A DNA stretch of 63,288 nucleotides, the filler included. It is 5 parts of 5 records of this genome, joined end to end, with 100 filler letters (N's around TTAATTAATTAA, not from the genome) between each part and the next. Parts side by side here need not be neighbours in the genome. Positions count along the whole stretch, not along the records: positions 50,468 to 56,610 come from SRR31156797_690; positions 56,711 to 63,288 come from SRR31156797_694; 3 more parts are not named here. One strand, written 5' to 3'. Within the stretch, counting starts at the first letter, position 1; each line of letters opens with the position of its first letter. Position numbers and translations under genes: made by a program. Below the pieces are notes generated by a model. That model searched no databases and had not been told where the DNA came from. It worked only from the letters and a program-made list of their open reading frames with translations. Shown here one piece after another: positions 52,466 through 60,800 of this stretch.

Positions 52466-53872
52466 ATGGCAGGAATAGGATTTGAGCTTAAAAAGCTGTT
52501 GAATAAGAAGAATATATTATCCACTATAGGAGGATACTTCTATGCGACTTTTGTTTCAGTCGGACCAATCCTGATTGTTGTTTTGATGATGCTTATTATA
52601 AGAATAATAATGAGGCGCAGTGCATCAAGTGTAGTTGATCAAAATATAATCCTTTGTTCTATTATGTATTCATTTATGTTTGGGCTGCTAGCATCTAGTA
52701 TTGTTACAATGGTTATGTCTCGATATGTATCTGATATCATTTATATACAAAAGGAAGATAAGATACTGCCTGCACTGATAGGTTCATTAAGCCTTGTAAT
52801 TGTTATTGCAGGTTCAATTTCATCTTTATTTTATACATTCAGAGGCAAGTTGGATATTGTAATTGAATTACTATGCCACCTTTTTGCAGTAATTCTTGCT
52901 ATTATGTATGTAATTATGATATTTGTTTCTGCGCTTAAGGATTACAAGAGGATTTCATTTTCATTTTTATTTGGTTCAATAGTAGGAATTGTAACAGCAT
53001 TAGTTTTCGTTTACTTGACTGATATGTATATTGTATATGCTATTTTGGGAAGTCTGGTTATTGGATTCTTCATAATAGCCGTTCTTCTTTTGTACAATGT
53101 ATGTATACACTTTAAGCAGAATGATGAATCGTATTTTGAGTTTTATGGACATTTCAAGAAATACCCACGTCTTGTTCCTATTAACTTGCTGTACATCCTG
53201 ACAATTTTTGCGCATAATATTTTTGTATGGTGTACAGATATTGGTATGGAAGTAATGAAAACATATATATGCTGCCCTATATACGATGTACCTGCATTTA
53301 TGGCACTAATGTCTGTTCTGCCAACTACTGTTATATTTGTTACAAGAACTGAAACATCATTTTTTGAATTATACAAGGAATATATTCATACATTATCAGG
53401 AAGCGGAACATTGAAGGATTTAAGATATGCAGGTGAAAATATGCGTATTAATATGTATGAAATACTCATATCATTATTTCAGGAGCAGCTGCTTATCACT
53501 TGCCTGAGCATAGTCATTGCCAGATATTGCTTCCCGCTGATAGGATTAGCGGATGTAGCCTTTACATTCTTCTCATACCTTGCTATTGCGTATTTCTGTA
53601 TAATTACAGTAAATGTAATCTCTACGATAATACTATATTTTGATGATAGGAAATCATCAATGAGAACAATTGGAGTATTTTTTGTACTGGTAATACTTGG
53701 TTCATATATATCAACATTGTTTGATGTAAGACTATATGGGCTTGGTACTGCTATTGGGGGAATCATTTCATTGATATTTGCATTTATATTCCTTAACAAG
53801 ATGATGCAGGACTTAGACTATAGATTATATTGCTCACAGCCAATTCATGATGAAAATGGTGCAGAATCATAG
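52466..53872 (+). CDS. pelG: Pel exopolysaccharide flippase PelG
   Basis: MAGIGFELKK N-terminus, about 12 TM helices, YDVP.F, ET.F..Y, LYFDDR. Confidence 0.93.
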   Translation: MAGIGFELKKLLNKKNILSTIGGYFYATFVSVGPILIVVLMMLIIRIIMRRSASSVVDQNIILCSIMYSFMFGLLASSIVTMVMSRYVSDIIYIQKEDKILPALIGSLSLVIVIAGSISSLFYTFRGKLDIVIELLCHLFAVILAIMYVIMIFVSALKDYKRISFSFLFGSIVGIVTALVFVYLTDMYIVYAILGSLVIGFFIIAVLLLYNVCIHFKQNDESYFEFYGHFKKYPRLVPINLLYILTIFAHNIFVWCTDIGMEVMKTYICCPIYDVPAFMALMSVLPTTVIFVTRTETSFFELYKEYIHTLSGSGTLKDLRYAGENMRINMYEILISLFQEQLLITCLSIVIARYCFPLIGLADVAFTFFSYLAIAYFCIITVNVISTIILYFDDRKSSMRTIGVFFVLVILGSYISTLFDVRLYGLGTAIGGIISLIFAFIFLNKMMQDLDYRLYCSQPIHDENGAES

Positions 53873-53873
53873 A

Positions 53874-55010
53874 TTATTCAAAATTATAAAAACCATCAAC
53901 AATATCTAGATAAACGCCGTCAAAACCTGCGTTCTGGATAATACTAAGGTAACTGTCTTCACCAAATGCAATGATGTCCTGCCATTCTTCATGCCAGTAA
54001 TACACTGGGAAATTACCTAGCCAAATGGGGTTTTCCGTTAGAATCCATTCAGGCCATTCATTATCGTACTCATTTTTCCAATATGGTCTGTAATTTTCGG
54101 CTTCACCTATACTTAAATAAGAAATTACTAACCTCTTGCCGCCATTTGCTTTAAGCTTGAGAGATTCCACTTCACTATTTGTTAGTGGTGCTTTCCCATT
54201 AAAGTAACAGTCAACTATAATCATATCATAGTTAGTAGCAGCAAGTGCATCAATATAGCTGGCTCTGTCTTTGAATTCCTCTGGGTTTATTAATATAATA
54301 AAGTTCTGCACATCCAGAAGTGTCTTGATATCTCCGCTGTTTTCATTTTGAATTGTGTCGGGAATGGAAGTCAGCTCAATAAGAGGAGATTGATAGCTGA
54401 TGTATCCAAGCTGATTGTTAATAGCTATACTTTTATCGACATTTTCCTGTATTCCACAGTAATCTATATTTAGTACTGGTTTACCAACGGATAGTGCAGG
54501 TAGCAGGTTTTCGGATTTATAAGAGATTTCACTTTCGCTGTCCATTATATCCATGCCGTACCCGCCATAAACAATATGCTCGTTTCCTAATCCTGAAATT
54601 GTATCGAGAAAGTAATTCGCAAGATTCATATCAGTACATCCTAATTCAGGCAGTAATTCAGAGCAATTCTGAGGGATAATAATGAAATCTTCATCTGTTT
54701 CTCTTGCCTTTTTTGCAATATCAATTACCCACCATCTCATTTCATCTCGATAATTCATAGTTTCTTCTATATTATACCTTTCTATCTGCCACTCTGATAC
54801 TGGTATAACAGATGGAGCAGGAGCAGGAGTAGGCGAATTAGTAGGAGTAGGGGATGATGCAGGTGAAGAAGCTGTTGGGCTTAACGTAGTGTTATTTATT
54901 TCAATTACGTTGTTCACAGTACTATTATCCAATGTAATAAATATTTCTATGATGATCATTAATATAACAATAGTAAGTATAAGCGGTACTAAATTATTCT
55001 GTCTTTCCAT
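53874..55010 (-). CDS. Membrane-anchored endo-alpha-1,4-polygalactosaminidase-like hydrolase (GH114/PelA-hydrolase/TM1410-like)
   Basis: N-terminal TM helix, P/S/T linker, IIPQN, YLSIGEAENYRPYW, ENP.W.GN..V.YW, GFDGVYLDIVD. Confidence 0.85.
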   Translation of the reverse strand: MERQNNLVPLILTIVILMIIIEIFITLDNSTVNNVIEINNTTLSPTASSPASSPTPTNSPTPAPAPSVIPVSEWQIERYNIEETMNYRDEMRWWVIDIAKKARETDEDFIIIPQNCSELLPELGCTDMNLANYFLDTISGLGNEHIVYGGYGMDIMDSESEISYKSENLLPALSVGKPVLNIDYCGIQENVDKSIAINNQLGYISYQSPLIELTSIPDTIQNENSGDIKTLLDVQNFIILINPEEFKDRASYIDALAATNYDMIIVDCYFNGKAPLTNSEVESLKLKANGGKRLVISYLSIGEAENYRPYWKNEYDNEWPEWILTENPIWLGNFPVYYWHEEWQDIIAFGEDSYLSIIQNAGFDGVYLDIVDGFYNFE

Positions 55011-55092
55011 GCTCTGATTATATTATGCAAATAATATGAATGCAACATGAATTTATAATAGGTTTATTATTTAAAGTATAAACAAATAGGGT

Positions 55093-55121
55093 TTGACATA
55101 GATTTTTACATATGTTAAACT
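55093..55121 (+). promoter_or_regulatory. SigA promoter of the MFS leader
   Basis: TTGACA (55093-55098), 17-nt spacer, TAAACT (55116-55121), with an extended -10 TG at 55113-55114. Confidence 0.8.
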
Positions 55122-55126
55122 CACAA

Positions 55127-55328
55127 TTGATGATTAAAAGGAGAGACATAGTAAAGTGAATCATTTACTCCAAAATTTAATAGTTGATTCCCTACCTATA
55201 TCATTGTCAGGTATTAGGTTTGACATGGCTTACCATAGGAGGAGTCTACCCAATTGCAGTTAATTATTTACAATAAAGTATAAATTAGCTATTTTGGAGC
55301 GACTCGATTATGCAGAGTCGTTTTTTTT
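55127..55328 (+). promoter_or_regulatory. Structured 5' leader / transcription attenuator
   Basis: About 200 nt between promoter and CDS, with nested stems and a terminator before the RBS. Confidence 0.7.
55299..55328 (+). terminator. Leader (premature) terminator upstream of the MFS gene
   Basis: GCGACTC-GATTATGCA-GAGTCGT plus a T8 run; the run ends 17 nt before the ATG and upstream of the AAGGAG RBS. Confidence 0.85.
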
Positions 55329-55345
55329 AATATAAGGAGATAAAT

Positions 55346-56545
55346 ATGAATTTTAAGAATAAATTAAGTAAGAATATAAACAAGCAGTATGCCTTCATAT
55401 GGCTGACTTCGGTTGATTTAACTAGAGGGATATGGATGCTGTTTCTAGCATATAGAGGACTGAACCTATTTCAAATTGGATTGATGGAGACTATTTTTCA
55501 CGTTTCATCATTTCTGATGGAAATACCAACAGGAGCTGTAGCGGATATATTTGGCAGAAAGACCAGCAGGGTATTAGGACGAGTATCAAGCATTATCAGT
55601 GTAATAATAATTCTATTTGGCACTAATGTGTATATGTATGCTATAGCATTTATATTTTCAGCTCTAAGCTATAATCTGGAATCAGGTGCAGGTGAAGCCT
55701 TAGTATATGACAGTCTCAAAGAATTAGGCAGAGAGAAGGAGTTTACAAAAGTAAACGGCAGGACAGAATTCTTTTTCCAATTTGCCAGTGTAATATCACT
55801 GGTAGTCGGAGGATATATTGCCAATATATCATTTGACAATGTGTACAAGATATCACTGATAATAACAATCGCAGCATTTATTCATGCACTTACATTCACA
55901 GAGCCTAGTATTGGTAAAGTAGAAAAACAGGAGAATATACTTAGTACTTTTAAAAAGCAGATAAAGGACAGCTTTGGGGTAGTGAAAGCAGACAAAAAAC
56001 TGTTTTGGACAATAATTGCTACAGAATTGTTCTGTACCTTTTATACTACAGAGTTCTTTTATGTACAGAATAAGCTAAAAGGAATGGGATCTACGCCATT
56101 TGAGATTGGTATAATTCTGGCAATAGCTTCTGTTACAGCGGCTGTAACTGCTACTCTAGCACATAGATTGGAGAAGAAATTCTCTATTACTACCTTAATG
56201 AAGTTCACCTGTATTACTGCGGTATTTTGCTTCTGGGGTATGAGCATAGTCGGTATTGAGAGGTATGCAATAATAATCTTGTCAGCAATAGAAGCATTGA
56301 TGTTCGTTTTAATTGGTGACTATATCAACAAACGTATACCGTCAGAGCAGAGAGCTACAGTATTATCGCTCCAGAGCATGACTTTTTCAATGTTTATGAT
56401 TGTGCTATTTCCAATTGTGGGTAAGATAGGCGATGTGTTCTCTTTAGAAGCTGCATTTACGATTGTGGCGGCATTGGTTACTATTGTACTTGGAATAATA
56501 ATATTTACTTTGGGTAAGATGCCTATGGAAAAGCAGGATGACTGA
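55346..56545 (+). CDS. MFS transporter (efflux-type)
   Basis: About 12 TM helices, EIPTGAVADIFGRK motif A, SGAGEALVYDSL, IPSEQRATVLS. Confidence 0.9.
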   Translation: MNFKNKLSKNINKQYAFIWLTSVDLTRGIWMLFLAYRGLNLFQIGLMETIFHVSSFLMEIPTGAVADIFGRKTSRVLGRVSSIISVIIILFGTNVYMYAIAFIFSALSYNLESGAGEALVYDSLKELGREKEFTKVNGRTEFFFQFASVISLVVGGYIANISFDNVYKISLIITIAAFIHALTFTEPSIGKVEKQENILSTFKKQIKDSFGVVKADKKLFWTIIATELFCTFYTTEFFYVQNKLKGMGSTPFEIGIILAIASVTAAVTATLAHRLEKKFSITTLMKFTCITAVFCFWGMSIVGIERYAIIILSAIEALMFVLIGDYINKRIPSEQRATVLSLQSMTFSMFMIVLFPIVGKIGDVFSLEAAFTIVAALVTIVLGIIIFTLGKMPMEKQDD

Positions 56546-56610
56546 ATATGTGAATAAACTAATAAAGGGAGCGTATCGTATTGGGACCTGTTGACAAAAG
56601 TGTTTTAGCA

Positions 56611-56710
56611 NNNNNNNNNNNNNNNNNNNNNNNNNNNNNNNNNNNNNNNNNNNNTTAATTAATTAANNNNNNNNNNNNNNNNNNNNNNNNNNNNNNNNNN
56701 NNNNNNNNNN
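56611..56710. other. Artificial contig linker
   Basis: N44-TTAATTAATTAA-N44. Confidence 0.99.
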
Positions 56711-56798
56711 TACGTGCGATTATTTTTGCAGTTCATTATATTTCAATTTCATAAATTAGCTTTTCTTTAAGTAGTTTTGTAGCAATACTTAATTAAAA

Positions 56799-57824
56799 TT
56801 ATTCTTTATATTTTTCTTTTATTTTAAGAATTTTATTTAAAGATTTTTCAAAAGCAATAACAACTTCCGGATCAAAATGTTTGCCGGATTCTTCTTTAAT
56901 ATAGTTTACAGCTACTTCAATTGACCAAGCTTCTTTATAGGGTCTTTTACTCGTTAGTGCATCAAAGACATCGGCAACAGCAGCTATTCTGGCGTAAATA
57001 ATGATTTCATTTTCCTTAAGACCATTAGGATAGCCTGTTCCATTCCATTTCTCATGATGTTCATTTGCAATAATATATGCTATATCTATAAGCTCATTAT
57101 CTCTTTCATCTAAAATTTGAGCTCCGATAAATGAATGAGTTTTCATTAACGTCCACTCTTCTTTATTGAGTTTACCTTTTTTTTTCAAAATAGTATCAGG
57201 TATTCCAATCTTGCCAATATCATGCATAGCAGAAGCACTAAGTAAAAGGTCAGCATCATCTTCATCGAAACCATATTCCAGAGCTATCTCCTTGCAATAA
57301 TTACTCATTCTAACTATATGCAGTCCTGTCTCATTATCTTTGTATTCTGCAGCTCTTCCGAGTTTTTTAATAATTTGAAGTCGTGTTTTTTTAAGTTCCA
57401 GTGTTTTTTTATTAACTTTTTCTTCTAAAATTCGATTTTGATTAAATAGTGACAAATGAGTTTTAACTCTAGCCAGAACTATCGCTGAACTAACAGGTTT
57501 TGTTATATAATCAACAGCTCCAATTTCAAATCCCTTTGCTTCGTCAATAACTTGATTCATAGCGCTAACAAATATTACAGGTATTTTCTTTGTAATAGGG
57601 TTTTGCTTTAGTCTTTTACAAACCTCATAACCGTCAATATTAGGCATCATTATATCCAGTAAAATAAGGTCTGGTTTGGTCTTACTAGCTATTTCCAAAG
57701 CAAGTTCTCCCTTTTTAACAAGAATAACATTGTATAATTTATTAAGGATCTCATCCATAACTTCAAGATTAATGGTTGTATCATCAACAATTAAAATTGT
57801 CTGTTTATTCGATTTAGTATCCAT
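56799..57824 (-). CDS. REC-HD-GYP response regulator (RpfG-like cyclic-di-GMP phosphodiesterase)
   Basis: ILIVDD, LLDIMMP, KP, then ETGLHI.R, MHDIGK, HHEKWNGTGYP, ADVFDAL. Confidence 0.92.
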   Translation of the reverse strand: MDTKSNKQTILIVDDTTINLEVMDEILNKLYNVILVKKGELALEIASKTKPDLILLDIMMPNIDGYEVCKRLKQNPITKKIPVIFVSAMNQVIDEAKGFEIGAVDYITKPVSSAIVLARVKTHLSLFNQNRILEEKVNKKTLELKKTRLQIIKKLGRAAEYKDNETGLHIVRMSNYCKEIALEYGFDEDDADLLLSASAMHDIGKIGIPDTILKKKGKLNKEEWTLMKTHSFIGAQILDERDNELIDIAYIIANEHHEKWNGTGYPNGLKENEIIIYARIAAVADVFDALTSKRPYKEAWSIEVAVNYIKEESGKHFDPEVVIAFEKSLNKILKIKEKYKE

Positions 57825-57836
57825 GCTATCACAGCC

Positions 57837-60800
57837 TTATTTTTTTAATAATTTATTAATTCTCTCCAATTCAACTAAAGCTTCATCATATTCATACTCA
57901 TCAATAAAGTCCTCTAATTTTTCAAATTCCTGCATATATTTACTTCCCATTAGGATATCTTTTATTTCATTAAAAATAACTTTTGAATTTGAATTATAGT
58001 ATTCTAAACTTTGATTTAAAGTACTTAATTTCTCGCCTAATAGATTGTGATCAATTTCTTTGTTGCTAATTTCAATTATAGGTTCATCTTCAAAAGTTCT
58101 TTGAATTTGTTCTAAAATATCAGTAAATAAAATACGAGTATTAGTAAGTGTTGCAAAATATTCTTTGGATTGAGTCTCATCTTTATTAATTAATGATTCT
58201 AACTTAAGAAACATATCTTGTAATTGATAAGCTCCAATATTTCCAGCAAGACCTTTTATTGTATGGACAAGACGTTTAGCTGATTCAATATCATTATTGT
58301 CTATACTGTTTTGAAAGTCTTCGAAAAAGTTTTGTTTGGAATTCTTAAAATTCTTAAGGACGTCATTATATAGAGTATGGTTTTTACCTAGTCTAGCAAT
58401 TGCTTTTTCATAATTTAGGTCTTTGATATATTTGTATTCATGGAAGTAATTATTTGTATGATTTTTACTGCTAATTGAGTTAACTTCTCTATTTCCAGGT
58501 TTTATCCATTTTTGCAAAACATGCAATAGTTTGTTTACATCCAGAGGTTTTGATAAATAATCGTTCATTCCTGCATCTTTAACGAGAGTTACTGTTTTTT
58601 TCATAGCATCTGCACTTAATGCTATAATAGGTAAATTATCTGTAGTGATTTTAAGTTCATTTCTAATTTTTCTTGAAGCTTCATAACCGTCCATTATTGG
58701 CATTTGTAAATCCATCAATACCAAGTCATATAATGGTTCTTTGTTTTGCATCTGTTCCTTAATGTTATTAATTGCTTCTTTTCCATTAGAAACTACTGTA
58801 ACCCAGAAACCTTCTATTTCTAAAGAATCACGAGCAACTTGTTGATTAATTTCATTATCTTCTACAAGAAGTATTTTAGCACCTTTTATTTCTTGAAATC
58901 CTGCAGGTTTATTTTCTAATTTTTCAGTTTTTCTTATCTGTTTAGCATACTCACTTCCGAAATTAGAGATTATAGTATCAAAAATAATTGAACGATTTAT
59001 TGGTTTCACTAAAACATCATTAATCCCACTTTGGAGTGCTTTATCAATAACTTCATTATTTCCAAAGTAAGTAAGTAATATTGTATTCGGAGTTTTTTTT
59101 GTTATATTTTCTTTGAGGTCAATATAAGTGTCGATACCATTACTATTTGGCATTTTATTATCAATGAATATTAAGTCGAAATCTTCATTTTTCAAAATAT
59201 CTATCATTTGTTCTTTTGAGTTAACTTTTTTGTATTTTAAGCCAAATTGCTCTACATAATTTTCTATGATATCAACCTGCTCATTATTAGAATCGGCGAT
59301 TAGGATTTTTATATTTAAAAGTTCTTTAGGAATTTGCTCTAATTCAGATATTTTTTTATTGCTTTTTTTGAAGCAAATAGTAAACTCAAAACAACTTCCT
59401 TTTCCCTGTTCACTATTAACCCAGATATCTCCTTTCATCAATTCAACAAGTTGTTTAGAAATTTTTAATCCTAAACCTGTTCCACCAAATCTCCTTGTAG
59501 TAGAACTATCTGCTTGAGAAAAAGCTTTAAAAAGTTTTTTCATCTCTTCTTCTTTTAAGCCAATTCCATTATCTTTTACTGAAAACTTTAGAATTATGTT
59601 TTCATTTGTTTCTTCATGTAACTCTACTTTAACAATTATATCGCCTTTTTCTGTAAATTTAATTGCGTTATTTACTAAATTCAGAAGTATTTGACCAACT
59701 CTAATAGGATCACCGACTAAATAATATGGAATTTTTTTATCTCTTGAAATTATGATATCTAAATTTTTCGAAAATGCTTTTATACTAGAAACACTAGCTA
59801 GATTGTCTAAAATGTCGTTGATTTTAAAATCATAGCTTTCTATTTCAAGTTTTCCTGCTTCTATTTTACTAAAATCTAAAATATCATTAATAATTCTAAG
59901 CAAATTCTGCGCTGAAATCAGTATTTTACTTGAATAATCACTTTGCTTCATATTCAATTCAGTTTTAAGCAATAGATTTGTAAGACCAATAACTGCATTC
60001 ATTGGAGTACGGATCTCATGACTCATATTAGCTAAAAATTTTGATTTTGCTTTTGTTGCTTCTTCGGCTTTTTCTTTTGCTGTGATTATTTCCTGTTCTA
60101 ATCTTTTACGCTCTGTGATCTCTTCCTTTATTCCTACATAATTGATGATTTCATTACTAGAATTAAAAATAGGAGAAATAGAGGTCGCTTCCCAATATAG
60201 CTCTCCATTTTTTCTTTTATTTTGCATTTCACCTTTCCATTCATGACCGGCTGCAATAGTATTCCAAAGTTCTTCATAAAATTCATCTGTATGTGTTTCT
60301 GACTTCAATATTCGCGGATTTTCACCCATTACTTCATTCTTAAGATATCCGGTAACAATTGTAAAATGTTCATTTATATACTCTATATTTCCTTCAGAAT
60401 CTGTAATTATTACAGAAACAGGACTTTGCTCGACAGCGCTGGTTAACTTTAGCATTTCCAATTCATTAATTTTACGCTCTGTAATATCACGAACTATTCC
60501 TGTAAAAACTCGTTCATTTTTGATAATAGTCTCAGCTACTGAAATTTCCATTGGAAAAAAGCTACCACTCTTTTTACGCCCGATTACTTCTTTTGTGGCA
60601 CCGTTATCATGAGCTTCAAATATATCCATAGGTTTAGTAAAATTAGGATTTTGTTTATTAATATCGCTATCCGGAATGATTAAAGAAATATTTTTGTTTA
60701 ATATTTCTTCTGCTTTATATTTGAATATCTTCTCTGCAGAGGGGCTGAACTCATTAATAATACCTTTTGAAGAGATGATTATTATTCCATCAGCAGCACT

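Noticed and set aside
55127..55330. T-box or another known riboswitch class for the MFS leader
   Set aside because: No GGTGGNACC T-box core and no SAM, TPP, FMN, purine or cobalamin consensus was seen, so it is left unassigned.
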